Below, piece after piece: positions 51,301-61,102 of a stretch of DNA of 64,000 nucleotides. Origin of the DNA: Podarcis pityusensis. Taxonomy: Eukaryota. The translations under genes were made by a program, and so were the position numbers. Under the pieces are notes generated by a model. That model was not told where the DNA came from, ran no database searches, and saw nothing but the letters and a program-made list of their open reading frames with translations. Numbering within the stretch: position 1 is the stretch's first letter; the number at the start of each line of letters is the position of its first letter. The stretch is from NCBI GenBank assembly GCA_964106645.2, contig OZ067039.1; one strand, 5' to 3'.

Positions 51301-53859
51301 GGAGGGCGTTACGAAATCCGCATCACCAGCCTGGTGGGCAACCAGGAGAGCAGAGCTGTGGCTGTTGTTGCCAACACTGGTAAATCCTCCTTCCATCTTC
51401 TACTAAGTTGGCCAGCCTCTGCAGGCACAGAGATCAGCTAGAAGGCACATTCTGCCTATTTATGAATTTGGGAGATAGTCAAAACGTACCTCGCTCTCGC
51501 AGGTGGCCTTAGGTTGCCTCTTGTCTCCTGTGGGGCTCTGTCTCAGGCCTGGCTCTGCTTGGGGTAAGGTAGCCATCTCATGGCGGCATCTTCAAATTAC
51601 ATTTCATCGGAGCTAAAAGGCTTCGTTCACTGTGCTCTCCCGTCTTTCCTAAGTCTCACATATGTGACCTGATAAACGATGGTGGTTGGGAGTTGTGTGT
51701 CTTTCTTGTTATTTATTTACTTATTTGATTCCATTTATGGACCCTTTCCCATGAACTATGTCAAAGTGATTTCACAGTAAATTTCTTGGGTGTGTATACC
51801 CTGCCAGAGGAGTGGATTGGAGGGCTTATAACTTCAGACAATATTAAGGTGTTTGTATGTTGTCCCCAGAGATAATGTGATGTATAGGTTCTTCTGTTTC
51901 TGCCTTGTTAAATGTTTTAAACCCATCTTGCTGTTTTTTCCTTAACTTCTAAAGAAAGAGTTTTTTGTTTTGTTTTTACATCTACAGTGGTGTTTATATA
52001 CTATATTTTTGTATTGCCTTTCCATGGAAAATGCTGAATGAATCACTGTAACAAACCAGTGGTGGCTAGTTGTGTATATGGCGCTGTTCTCACATCTGCT
52101 GTGCTGTGAAAACATCTTTGTGATGAGAACACTCTCACTTATACATGGTAGTTATAACTACTGCAAAGGACTTCTGCAAAGCTCGGGGATGTAAGTGCTT
52201 CCATGAGGAGTCAATGGCACTGGGGAGAATGTTTCACTAGTGTGGTAACTACTGTAATTGATCATGATTATGGAGGCTCAGTTGCTTCTCTTGGTGGAGG
52301 CAAAGATTGTCTGAAGGCCCCAAACAACTGCCTCACCTTTTTACCTCTGCTTGTTCAGCAGCAATGGGTCGTGTGACCAACTTTCGGGTGGCAGAGATTC
52401 AAAGGGATACTGCGATTTTGACCTGGACTCCTGTTCCTGGGGCCACTGGCTATCTCCTCACTTGGAAATCTCCACGAGGTAATGGCAGAGGTTGAGGACC
52501 AAACTACTGGGCCATTGAGGGGTGGGTGGGTACGAAAGAGGAAATATTGGCAGTGTGTCCTAGTGCCATCACCTCCTCCAGCTCTTGCACAGCTGAAGAC
52601 TGGGTGAGGAAAGGCAGCTTGCAGCTAGCTAGCAAGAACAGATCTTGTTATATCTTGGCCTTCGTCCAGCGACCTCAGGGCAGCGTGCATAATTCTCCTC
52701 CCCCGTTTTAATCCCCCAACAACCTTGTGAGGTAGACTGAGGCTGAAAAACAGTGATTGGATCAAGGCCACCCAGGGAACTTCGTGGCTGAGTTGAGATT
52801 TAAACTGGAATCCATAATCCAATACTTTTTAAGTACTGCCCCACACTGGAAGATTATTCCTTCCTTGGCAGATGTAGCTGGTTCCCCCACCCTCCCCACC
52901 CCTCACTTTTCTCCTTTGTCCAGAGGTCATGCACAGGCCGAATCTCCCCATGGCTTATCTTCTGCCACTGGTTCCAAGACCCACTGCAGGCTTGAGATGT
53001 GTTACATGGGCACGGCGTCTGTACTGGGTCATCCCCTTGTGGATTTGCCCTTGTTAACTTCCTTCATGCTCTTGCTTTCTTCCAGACGAAGTGGAAGCAC
53101 AGAGAACGTTGCCTGGGTCTGCCACATCGCACCAAGTGTCTGGCCTCCGCCTGGGCAGGAGCTACACCTTCACCATCCGCCCGCTGTTTGGGAGCGTCAC
53201 AGGTCCTGAGACTTCTGTGACTGACCCCACAGGTGAGGTATCCTTGCACCTGGGAGGGAAATGCAGGACCTCTCCTATGTTGGAGGGCTTTCAAAGAGGA
53301 TTGGACAAATTCAGGGAGGTTGCTGTCAGCAACAGCTATTAGCCATGATGGCTCTGCCTCTGCTTCAATGGTCAGAAGCAGTTTCTGGAAACCAAAGGAG
53401 GGAGACCACTCTTGTGCTCGAATCCTGCTTACGGGTTTCCCACAGGCATCTCCTGGTATGTCCCACGGAGGACCTTAGGGTCTTGAAACAAAAACATTTT
53501 GGAAGTCCCAGGCCACAGGGAGGTTAGGCTGGCCTCAACCAGAGCCAGGGCTTTTTCAGTTGTGGCCCCGATCTGGTGGAACGCTCTGTCACAAGAGACT
53601 AGGGCCCTGTGGGACTTGACATCTTTCCACAGGGACTGCAAGACCCTGTTCCACCAAGCCTTTGGCCAAGGCACAGTCTGACCCCCTCCTTTGGTAATCC
53701 TCACAGAACTCTAGCCCAATGGTTGCCATTAATTTGATTTTGAACTGATTTTGAAACAAATTGATTTTAGAATGTTGGTTTCTTTTATTGTTGTTAGCCG
53801 CTCTGAGCCCGGCTTCGGCTGGGGAGGGCGGGATATAAATAAAATTTTATTTATTTATT

Positions 53860-53900
<41 letters not shown>

Positions 53901-56900
53901 CTGGTTGGCCACTGTGAGAACAGGGATGCCGGACTCGATGGGCCATTGGCCTGATCCAGCAGAGATCTTCTCATGTTCTCATATTGTGCCCAAGGTCTCT
54001 CTCCTCACTCCCTGTTATGTGTTATGTTCCCAAGGAAAACAGGTGGAGCTAAGTTGGATCATTTTTGCTTGGGCTGTTTCTGCCAGGCCTTGACATGCCA
54101 CCTGGACCCCTTCTGTGCTCTGAATCAAAAGCCATTTGGCTGTGCATAACCGTTGTGCACAAGGGCAGCTTCTCATGTGGGTGGGTGGAGAAAAGTCTCT
54201 TTGTTTTTATGTCCCTGACCTCTGCTTTGACACCAACCCTACTCATTTTGAAACGTTCCCCTCTACAGTCTGCCGAGACGCCCGCAGAGACGTTGTTTTT
54301 CTCGTGCATGCCACTCGAGACAACGCCTACAATGCAGAGGCCGTGCAGAGCATCCTCTCCAACACTGTATCTGCACTGGGCCAGTTGGGTCCTGGTGCCA
54401 CCCAGGTAATGACTGGCATAAAGGGGCTGCAGCTCTTCCTTTTGGCTCAGTTTGCATGTGCTGTGGGTGTTGGGCCACTTAGTAAAACACCCATGCCAAG
54501 CCTCTGCTGCATGGCAAGCCATTCTGGTGCCAAGGCTCCCACTGCGGTCCTGGTGATTTTCACCTCTCTCAGTGCAAAACCTCATTTGCTATGGTTTGTG
54601 TCTGTAAGGCAAAAGTGGATGGAGCAGCATGGGAAGCCAGTGGCCAGCCACACAGTGTTTCAGGTGGCTGCCTTGCTGGCCTTCGTGCACCCTAAAGTTG
54701 GTCCTCAAGTACATTTCCTGTCTTGGCTGCGGAGTGTCTTGGCTGCAGTGCCCTCTTCCATACAACTCTCTTGCTCTATCTCAAGGGTGGGAAACCCCAT
54801 TCAGCCTAAGCACTGCAACCCCTTATTAGTGGTAGTGGGCGGGACCAGAAACAAAAGAGGGTGGAGCAATAGATGTAAATTTTTAGCTTTGTGCAGTATG
54901 CCTGTTTCTACACAAACTCTCTCACACACACATACAGTACATCCCTTTGGCCATATCCAAGTCCAAGCACACACTCAAGCCTGGCAAAAATACCCAAGGA
55001 ACATGTGAAGTAGGCTGAGGAGGGGGTGTGGCCTGGGGAGAGTCCCAAGGGCCAGGTGGAGAGGCCTGGAGGGCCACATCCAACCCTGGGCTCGAGATTC
55101 CCTACCTCTGCTCTGACTTTTTTTTTCTTTTTCTCCCCCAGGTGGGCATCGTGCTTTATAGCTACCGAGGCCTCCCTTTACTCCGGCTCAACCGCTCTAG
55201 TGACTTGCCAACAGTCCTGCAGTTTATCCGCTCGCTGCGCTATGATGAACCCAGTGGCAATGCCATTGGTAAGTGCAGGGCTGGGGGACTGAGTCGTGTG
55301 GTGCAAGTTTCATCGGTTCAGAGACTGGGGAGGGCATCACTGTAAGGACAAAACACACACACACACACAAAGGGGGCTTTACTCTAGTTGAAATCCAGAG
55401 CTGCGTGTCAGGAGTTGCTCTGTCCTCTGGGCCTGAACATCATCAGCTGCTCTTCTCTGGGATTTGATCTGGAGCAATGTGGGGCTGCTTCCAGTGTGGG
55501 ACTGGTCTTTATCAAGGGAAAGATAGCCAGAACTGCCACTGGTTTTGACTGTAACTTTAAGAACTGTAACTTAAAGCACATGTGTTTGAGCTTGTTTCTT
55601 CCTCCTCCCTCACATTCCTTTTTTCCTTGTGTGCCATGTCTTTGTAAGCCCTAAGGGCAAGGGCAATCTTAAAACTGTTTTTTGCAAGCTACTTTGTGAG
55701 TCTTTTCAGCTAAAGGGCAGGGTATAAATGTTCTAAATAATAATGATGATAATAAATCTGTCCATGGAGTTGGCCAGTTACTTCTGTAAAGCCTGAACAA
55801 AGTAGTGGGCCAGATCCCAAATAAGAGGTGGCCACTTCCACTCCTGCAAATCTCTCTTGACAATGAACTCTCCCGCACATGCTTGCTTTCTGTGAGTAAG
55901 TGTATCTTGGGTCCTTTGCTTTCTTCACTGCAGGAGCTGCCATCAATTTTGCCAAGAGCGACATGCTGAGCCTCGCTGCAGGGCGCAGACCTGGTGTGCC
56001 TGGGACCCTGGTGATCCTGGCGGATGGTCCATCCAGCGATGATGCCATTGGGCCAGCCAGGGACCTCAAGGCCGCAGGTAAGGCACACAGGCCCTTAGAG
56101 TGTGGAGGGGGGCGGGAATATAAGAGCACCGGAGGACAGGAAACTTTCCTTGCATCTTTTGCCTGTCCTGAATCTTCCAGCATTCAGCTTCATTGGGTGG
56201 CCTGGGTTCTATGAGAGAGGGAGAATAAACTTATCTCTGTTCACTTCCCCCACATCTTGCCTAATTTTATATACCGCTTTTGTATGTGTCCCCACCACTG
56301 GCACCTATTTTTTGAACAAGATAGCTCCAGATATTGTAACCTTTCCTCATAGGGAAGTTGCTCCAGACCCTTGATTGTTTCGCTTGCCCTTGTCTTTGCA
56401 GCTAGAAAAAAAACTTTTCCAGAAAAAAACCTATCCCTGTAGGCCTGACTGAAGGTTCTCTTGGAAAGAATTAGTCAAGCTGCCAGTCTCCTCTTCGGAA
56501 CTGTTAACGTGCCTTGCCCAGGGAATGGCCAAGCCACAGAACCCCTCGGTGGGCTTACTTTCTCATTCTGTACCTTGCAGGAATCCAGGTGCTGGCTGTT
56601 GGCATGAACGGGGCTGACCGTGAGCAGCTGCGCCGCCTGGTGACCAATGAGGACCGGCGCAATGTTTTCTTTGTGAGGAGGGATTTGAGCACTCTGCCAG
56701 AGGCGGAAGAGGGGCTTGTCAATGCCCTCTGCAGGGCAGCCGACACTGAAGGGGTAAGACTTTCCTCACAAAATGCAGGGGAGGGATTACCTGCAGTTTG
56801 CTAAGCCACTGAATGGAGGGAGGTGAATGGAAGAGTGTTTGCTCTGCCTGTTCAGGTAGCACCGTTGCAACACAAGACGTCTTGAAGCATAGAAGGACAG

Positions 56901-58903
56901 CCGCGCCTCCTGTTTGTACGTGGCCTGGATTCCTCACACACAAGGGTCTTGTCTTAAGTCATGGGTAGACAAACTAAGGCCTGGGGGCCGGATCCAGCCC
57001 AATTGCCTTCTAAATCCGGCCTGTGGATGGTCCAGGAATCAACATGTTTTTACATGAATAGAGTGTGTCCTTTTATTTAAAATGCATCTCTGGGTTATTT
57101 GTGGGGCATAGGAATTCGTTCATTTCTCCCCCCCCCCCAAAAAAAATACTCCGGCCCCCCACAAGGTCTGAGGGACAGTGGACCGGCACCCTGCTGAATA
57201 AGTTTGCTGACCCCTGTCTTAAGTGGAAATGCCTTGTGGCGTGCATATAACCACATATTAATGTTTAAATGTTTTTTAATTACCTCCAATTTTTTAGCAG
57301 TTCTCACTTTATCTGTAAGCCACCTTTAATGGAAGTATAAATAACATCATCATCGCCACCATCATTATCAATAATAAAAATAACCACTTGGTAAAGACCA
57401 TCCCCTGGAGCACTCTGCCAAGTGGTGGAGGAAATTCACCTCTGGTTTTACATGGTAAAATGTTTGCATCTTGGCAGGACATCACAGGCCACTGGTTGTA
57501 CCAATTGGTTACAAGCACACTGTGGTAAATTTTATCCAACGTCCAGCACAAAATGTTTTCATGCACCCACAGCAGCATTATAACTATTCTAACACTGGTC
57601 TTTTTATCCTTTGTGTTTCCCCACTTCCTCCCTCCCTCAGCCTAGACCAGAGCCCTGTACGGTGCAGTGTCCTAAGGTAAGTCACAGGAAGCTCCTGTTC
57701 AGCAGGACTAAGCCAGGACAAGGAGCCAATGCTCTTTCCTGTAACAGGCCAGATAAGAGTAGGAAATGGATACCAGGGGTGTGGCTTTTTTGAGGGGAGG
57801 GCTGTACTTCCATGGTAGAGCACATGCTCTGCGTGCAGAAGGTCCCTGGGTCTTCAGGTAGAGCTGGGAAAGTGACCCTGATCACAAACCCTGGAGAGCT
57901 GCAACCAATTAGTGTACTCAGCATGGAGCTAGGTTGACCCACTGGCCTGACTCCCTGTGTTCCTAAGTGGGCATTGGCAGATAGAGACCTGGTCAGAAAT
58001 TGAATTGGCGGTGAAGCTGTAGACAAGTATTTCCAACCTGTATTTCAGACACCAGAAAAGGGTTCTGAGCCTGGGGGGAGATTCACACCCACACTCCCAC
58101 ATGGATAGAATATCTGAGGGGGAACTGTGGGACTAGTTCTGCACATGCCAGAAATGGGTGCTGTGTCCACAACCACCCATGTGCTTGGGCAGGGTGGGGA
58201 AGGGCTCTAGGGCATGCTCTGCTGTATGAGGAGAGCTTCTCTGGGCCAGGCCAGGCTAGGCCTAATCAGAGCTTCTCCTTGCATGGAATGAACTCTAGAT
58301 GTGCATATCAGTATTTCTCCCACCAGTCAAATATGTGGATGGAATGGCGGGGGACACAGGGCAGAGTGTCCTTCCATGGCTTGAGGGCGTGGGAGTATCA
58401 GCTGGAGTAAATGAGAGATGTGGTGAGAGCCACCAGAAGGCTTTCTTATCTTGGACAGGGGCTGTACCAGGCGCTCTGACTCTAGGGGGCCAAAGGCACC
58501 TCAGCCCCCTTAATATTTGTTTCAAGGGGACAAGCCCCCCTCAATCTTTAGGTGGTCCTGTGCACCACAGGCCCAGGGGTCAGCTCCTCCAGAGCTCTCA
58601 GTCTCCTGTGACGTGTGCACAGTGTCACACATGCGCGTGGTGTTGCCCCCCCCCCAAAATTGGGGTCATTCCTGTGCCTCTGGGTTCTACAGTTTATAGG
58701 CCAAGGCTGGGGGGGAACCTGCGGCCTTCCAGATATTATTGTACTCCAGCTCCATCAGCCACAGCCAGGGTGGCCCGTGGTCAGCTTTTGACACTTGAAG
58801 GGCACATTTTTAGGGCCCACCTTATTTATATGTTTATATTTATTTATATTTATATGTTTGCAAGTTATTTTAAATTGTTTTTCTATTGTGTTCTAATGCT
58901 GTG

Positions 58904-58944
<41 letters not shown>

Positions 58945-60269
58945 TATAATTTATTATTTATACCCCACCCATCTGGCTGAGTTTCCCCAGCCACTCTGGG
59001 CGGCTCCCAATCAAGCTTTAAAAACAATACAGCATTAAATATTAAAAACTTCCCTAAACAGGGCTGCTTTCAGATGTCTTTTAAAGATAAGATAGCTGCT
59101 TACCTCCTTGACATCTGATGGGAGGGCATTCCATAGGGCAGGCGCCACTACTGAGAAGGCCCTCTGTCTGGTTCCCTGTAACCTCACTTCTCGCAATGAG
59201 GGAACCGCCAGAAGGCCCTTGGCGCTGGATCTCAGTGTAACCTGGCCTTGGGCCTTAGTGTGAAGAGCAGGTAAGAAAGACAGAAAGAAAGAGTAGTCCA
59301 GCAGTATTTGCAGTGCCACGCATTAGCCAGCTCTGTGCTAGGCTGGCACAGCATGTGGAAGTGTGTTCAGTTCCGCTTAGAGACAGGATGGAGGGAGTCG
59401 GCAATGGTGGAGTCAGACCAATGATGACATGCGGTTTCCTAGGTGACGTAAGGCGGGTGGAGAATAGGAGGGACTTTGGCAGGCGTGGAAATGGCTCTGC
59501 ACTGTTTCCCACTGTAGCTGTAGGCCAATCCCAAAGCTATTATTATTCATTGAGTTTATATACCACCCTATACCTGGAGGTCTCTGCACCATTTGAGCAC
59601 TTCCCAAGAGTTTCTTTCCTTATAAGTTGCCCAGAGAGAAGCAGGGAAATGTTTTGAGGTATTTCTTCTTGCATGCAAACTGGGGCTTCTCTTTTCTTTT
59701 CCTCCAGGGTGAGAAGGGCGAGCCTGGTGAGATTGTGAGTATCTGAGATTTCCCAAGGAAGGTGATCTCACACTGAAGTCCTTTTAGGGCCTAAAGAGGT
59801 GTTGGTCCCTGGGGGTGGAAACAGCAGTTAATCTCTCTGATCGTTTTTGCAGGGACGGAAAGGACGCATGGGACTTCCTGGGCCTTCTGGAGAGCCGGTA
59901 ATGTCTGCTCTTTTGTGTGGGTCCCTGGGCTGTATGGCATGGAGTAGAGCTCATCTTGTTTGTTAGGGTGCTGTTGGTTTGACTAGAGCCCTTTCCTTTT
60001 CAGACTATTGGGGGCGAGGCAGGTGGGGGGGGGGACATCCCTTGGCAGCATCCCAGCCTGTATTTCAGGCAGGTTATAGCTCCCACCACCAAAAGCATTT
60101 GGGGAAAAACCACAACAGCAACCAGGCAGGTTGTAAATAAAACAAATCCTATTATTTGTCTTTGGTTTTTTTTCAGGGGCGCAATGGGATCCCAGGTGCT
60201 CCAGGCCCAGTAGGACCTCGGGGTCCTCCAGGTGATGTCACTGAGCGGCGGGGTGAGAAAGGAGACAGG
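23005..60269 (+). CDS. COL7A1: Collagen alpha-1(VII) chain or COL7A1-like gene, coding exons 1-31 (whole NC1 domain plus start of triple helix); 3' part lies beyond the window
   Basis: 31 exons with consistent phases join into 3918 nt without stops. Peptides such as [65 protein letters not shown] and GEKGEPGE match collagen VII, and many exon sizes (85,181,160,94,164,130,137,127,173,36,27,45) match human COL7A1 as I recall it. Orthologue versus paralogue is not resolved. Confidence 0.93.
25866..26046 (+). CDS. COL7A1: Exon 2: vWA1 start with MIDAS DGSSS
   Basis: tacag|TG...CCCAG|gtgagt; [26 protein letters not shown]...VQYSDEPR. Confidence 0.95.
27275..27434 (+). CDS. COL7A1: Exon 3: vWA1
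   Basis: ccag|G...AAG|gtaccg; TEFTFSTYRNGTAVMRAVREMAYKSGNTRTG...RPNVPK. Confidence 0.95.
27857..27950 (+). CDS. COL7A1: Exon 4: vWA1
   Basis: atcag|ATC...GTGG|gtgagt; [31 protein letters not shown]. Confidence 0.95.
28398..28430. repeat. (CA)n microsatellite
   Basis: Direct reading. Confidence 0.95.
29048..29206 (+). CDS. COL7A1: Exon 5: vWA1 end
   Basis: ctcag|GC...GCAG|gtaaaa; GIKNADSSELTKVASTPTEDYFFFVTDF...VSRRVCTSTGG. Confidence 0.93.
29673..29836 (+). CDS. COL7A1: Exon 6: FN3-1 first half
   Basis: ttaag|GT...GAG|gtgagg; PSNLVFLEQGTDMLRIRWTAAGGPVIGYKVQY; alternative in-frame AG at 29677-29678. Confidence 0.9.
31134..31263 (+). CDS. COL7A1: Exon 7: FN3-1 second half
   Basis: gacag|GTT...ACTC|gtgagt; VSLGPGETSTVLRGLRGGTDYLVTVIAQYANSIGESVSGKGRT. 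Confidence 0.94.
32346..32433. repeat. Compound (TA)n/(TG)n/(CA)n microsatellite
   Basis: Direct reading. Confidence 0.95.
32432..34066 (+). mobile_element. 5'-truncated L2-clade LINE with open RT ORF (to 33849), 3' UTR and (TTA)n tail
   Basis: NYRPVSNLPFLGK, QSGFR, LDLSAAFD, GVPQG, YADN, SRLDYCNSL, LHWLPV; ORF-track residues before ~32432 are translated microsatellite. Confidence 0.92.
34096..34331. mobile_element. Tigger/mariner-like MITE, related subfamily
   Basis: TIR cagtggtaccttg...caaggtcccactg followed by TA. Confidence 0.78.
34715..34834 (+). CDS. COL7A1: Exon 8: FN3-2 first half (no counterpart in human COL7A1 as recalled)
   Basis: tacag|AG...AGAG|gtgagt; AVSGVANFQVLDAGPTFLRLSWAPGLGTLQGYRLTYLGR; phase 1-1. 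Confidence 0.88.
37180..37329 (+). CDS. COL7A1: Exon 9: FN3-2 second half (no counterpart in human COL7A1 as recalled)
   Basis: caaag|GT...ACGT|gtaagt; GETQPEEISLGPSATSALLSNLRPNTDYMITLYPIYPRQTVAPAVINGRT; read directly, not in the ORF track. Confidence 0.88.
38119..38497 (+). mobile_element. Sauria SINE
   Basis: tRNA-like head with B box ggttcgaatcc, (ACCTTT) tail, flanking direct repeat taatggacatgg. Confidence 0.88.
38564..38683 (+). CDS. COL7A1: Exon 10: FN3-3 first half
   Basis: ctcag|TG...TCAG|gtatgt; LSALNISSQGMLVTWRGVSGATGYRVTWGLLS. Confidence 0.93.
39989..40246. mobile_element. Short Tc2/pogo-like MITE, same family as 12747-14009
   Basis: Related TIRs, TA flanks, shared ggggaaatgtgtgtgcgtcYtatggagcgaatgcaggct; 25-bp internal stem. 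Confidence 0.85.
41580..41726 (+). CDS. COL7A1: Exon 11: FN3-3 second half
   Basis: ctcag|GT...ACTG|gtgtgt; LLTGLQPDSDYLVTVAPVFGQVEGP. Confidence 0.92.
41979..42229. mobile_element. Tigger/mariner-like MITE
   Basis: TIR cagtcataccttggttgt...acaaccaaggtacgactg, TA TSD. Confidence 0.82.
42314..42360. repeat. (TG)n microsatellite
   Basis: Direct reading. Confidence 0.95.
42591..42707 (+). CDS. COL7A1: Exon 12: FN3-4 first half
   Basis: tttag|AA...ACAG|gtaacc; QTLRIVTIDPTSIQLAWNIIPNIRGYRLEWRKAT. Confidence 0.93.
43398..43547 (+). CDS. COL7A1: Exon 13: FN3-4 second half
   Basis: tccag|GT...ACTG|gtgagt; GLEPPRTVTLP...GLQPGTEYHITLFTLYDGKEVATP. Confidence 0.94.
44619..44964 (+). mobile_element. 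Sauria SINE
   Basis: Same family; TSD ttcattcgccat at 44605-44616 and 44965-44976. Confidence 0.88.
45354..46215 (+). mobile_element. Solo terminal-repeat-like retroelement remnant (LTR or DIRS/Ngaro type, family uncertain)
   Basis: CpG-rich 0.86 kb block with TATA-like ccttaaaa (~45605) and AATAAAGTTGTGGCC (46121-46135); the same 15-mer ends a similar block at ~3640-3920. Confidence 0.55.
46435..46563 (+). CDS. COL7A1: Exon 14: FN3-5 first half
   Basis: tgcag|GG...CAGG|gtgagt; PVGSISDLRVTETLGNRVRLAWTGVPGATAYKVVLRNTQ. Confidence 0.93.
47202..47348 (+). CDS. COL7A1: Exon 15: FN3-5 second half
   Basis: tgcag|AT...ATCC|gtaagt; EKTRRIPGSQTTEDLTDLKEDVVYVVRISAVIGNREGSA. Confidence 0.93.
48259..48384 (+). 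CDS. COL7A1: Exon 16: FN3-6 first half
   Basis: tgcag|AA...GATG|gtgagt; ITNLQVAALGPSQLRVTWNPVAGVTGYKVTW. Confidence 0.93.
49292..49435 (+). CDS. COL7A1: Exon 17: FN3-6 second half
   Basis: cccag|GT...ACAG|gtgagg; QEFSQVLPANRNSYTIEGLRPGSFYLIGVSALVGNREG. Confidence 0.93.
49533..49658 (+). CDS. COL7A1: Exon 18: FN3-7 first half
   Basis: tgcag|CC...GATG|gtacag; APDQVGMVTSLQVLESRSTDVRVTWVGVPGVTAYRIVWGRSD. Confidence 0.93.
50053..50199 (+). CDS. COL7A1: Exon 19: FN3-7 second half
   Basis: cgaag|GT...ACAC|gtaaga; IQNLEGGVSYTVKVTALIGNREGDPVSLIVTT. Confidence 0.93.
50764..50889 (+). CDS. COL7A1: Exon 20: FN3-8 first half, ending in a GC donor
   Basis: ctcag|CG...GATG|gcgagt; VGNLRVTDSSEKHIRVEWSPAPGSTGYRLVWQPAD; phase 1 is required by the next exon. 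Confidence 0.85.
51233..51379 (+). CDS. COL7A1: Exon 21: FN3-8 second half
   Basis: ggcag|GC...ACTG|gtaaat; GPERSQLLPANVNTYDIRDLQPGGRYEIRITSLVGNQES. Confidence 0.92.
52359..52478 (+). CDS. COL7A1: Exon 22: FN3-9 first half
   Basis: ttcag|CAG (NAGNAG)...CGAG|gtaatg; RVTNFRVAEIQRDTAILTWTPVPGATGYLLTWKSPR. Confidence 0.9.
53086..53232 (+). CDS. COL7A1: Exon 23: FN3-9 second half
   Basis: tccag|AC...ACAG|gtgagg; RTLPGSATSHQVSGLRLGRSYTFTIRPLFGSVTGPETSVT. Confidence 0.93.
53275..53980 (+). mobile_element. CR1-type LINE 3' end split by the L2 insertion
   Basis: Translates LEGFQRGLDKF; the UTR reads through the insertion as ...cccacaggcatct|ggttggccactgtgagaac...; similar pieces at ~26090-26320, 35210-35410 (-) and 47540-47710. 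Confidence 0.65.
53448..53899 (+). mobile_element. 3' fragment of the same L2 family, nested in a CR1 3' end
   Basis: Closely similar to 33614-34063; (TTTA)n(TTA)n tail. Confidence 0.9.
54269..54405 (+). CDS. COL7A1: Exon 24: vWA2 start (degenerate MIDAS, VHATRD)
   Basis: tacag|TC...CAG|gtaatg; VCRDARRDVVFLVHATRDNA...LGQLGPGATQ. Confidence 0.94.
55142..55268 (+). CDS. COL7A1: Exon 25: vWA2
   Basis: cccag|GTG...ATTG|gtaagt; VGIVLYSYRGLPLLRLNRSSDL...YDEPSGNAI. Confidence 0.94.
55934..56077 (+). CDS. COL7A1: Exon 26: vWA2
   Basis: tgcag|GA...GCAG|gtaagg; GRRPGVPGTLVILADGPSSDDAIGPARDLKAA. Confidence 0.93.
56581..56753 (+). CDS. COL7A1: Exon 27: vWA2 end
   Basis: tgcag|GA...GGG|gtaaga; GIQVLAVGMNGADREQLRRL...GLVNALCRAA. 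Confidence 0.94.
56960..57216. mobile_element. hAT-type MITE
   Basis: Ends catgggtagacaaact / agtttgctgacccctg; perfect TSD tcttaagt. Confidence 0.85.
57641..57676 (+). CDS. COL7A1: Exon 28: cysteine linker [12 protein letters not shown]
   Basis: ctcag|CCT...AAG|gtaagt; 36 nt. Confidence 0.93.
58903..59240 (-). mobile_element. 3' fragment of a second L2-type LINE with (TTA)n tail
   Basis: Encodes LRSS...RAFSVVAPALWNALP...FKRHLKAALF; related 3' tip at 3923-4068. Confidence 0.85.
59708..59734 (+). CDS. COL7A1: Exon 29: first Gly-X-Y exon GEKGEPGEI
   Basis: tccag|GGT...ATT|gtgagt; 27 nt. Confidence 0.9.
59853..59897 (+). CDS. COL7A1: Exon 30: GRKGRMGLPGPSGEP
   Basis: tgcag|GGA...CCG|gtaatg; 45 nt of Gly-X-Y. 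Confidence 0.9.
60177..60269 (+). CDS. COL7A1: Exon 31: GRNGIPGAPGPVGPRGPPGDVTERRGEKGDR
   Basis: ttcag|GGG...AGG|gtgggt; 93 nt of Gly-X-Y with one interruption. Confidence 0.88.
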
Positions 60270-60669
60270 GTGGGTACTCACAGCATCTCATGTGGTCTTG
60301 AATATTTTACTCAAAAGGGAGCAGAACGCTAAGAATGATGGAGCTTTTATGGGCAGGAAGCCTTCCTTGTTCCTCCTCATCAATCTGTTCAAGATCAGAG
60401 AATCCCTCTGGGTTCATCTTAAATTAGAGAATTTAGCTTTATGGTGCCTCTGTTGATGAACTCCCTTTCCTGCAAGATGAATAGACTATGGGAGCTTGTT
60501 GCAATAACTTGCCTGCTTGGGTTACCTGGAGCTATCTGCTCTGCAGTCCTTTTGCTTTTGTTATTTGGATCTGACTGAGGGCCTGGCGAGTAACAGGCCC
60601 TTCCTTTCAGGTAAAGAACAAATTAGATGATCTGTGATCCCTTTCATTTCTAGTCTTCTAGGACTGTGT

Positions 60670-61102
60670 GATGATTATGAGTTACTCGTGCGTAAACTGG
60701 TGCTTCTCTAGGCTCATTTGCCTTGTTAAACCTTTCTGACTGCACAGCCCTTTCTCATCATGACTGTCTCAGTCACTAGCAGAATCCGTCAGTGGGCGTT
60801 TCTTGAATCTCTTCCAACATAAGAGTTGTTTGACACCCAATCTCCTCCGCCTCTCACTGCGCGGGAGCCTTCTGCGCAGGGTGGGCGTAGGTAGCGGAGG
60901 ACCTGTCCCCTCCTCACTGAGTTCCAGTGAAGAGTCCGTGAGCCCTCTCTCCGATTTCCCCATCAGCTCACTTTTGTTCCTGGTGTTGCGCTTAAATGCT
61001 TCCCCCTCCACTGAGCTGCTTCTCCCCCTGCTGCTGGGTCCTTCTCCAGCATCATCTAGGAGCCTCCCCTTCGCCTCCCGCTCTGATGTCAGTTCCCTGA
61101 CA
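60670..61102 (-). repeat. 3' LTR of the Gypsy element (distal end approximate, possibly truncated)
   Basis: Starts TGTCA immediately after the PPT; no AATAAA or clear TGACA terminus found. Confidence 0.6.

Noticed and set aside
54136-55008. 290-aa ORF as a single-exon gene
   Set aside because: Only 54269-54405 matches vWA2 and is bounded by splice sites; the rest is intron read-through.
60570-60616. Possible further collagen exon ending at CAG|gtaaag (60610)
   Set aside because: No Gly-X-Y frame or convincing acceptor upstream; the next helix exon probably lies beyond the Gypsy element.
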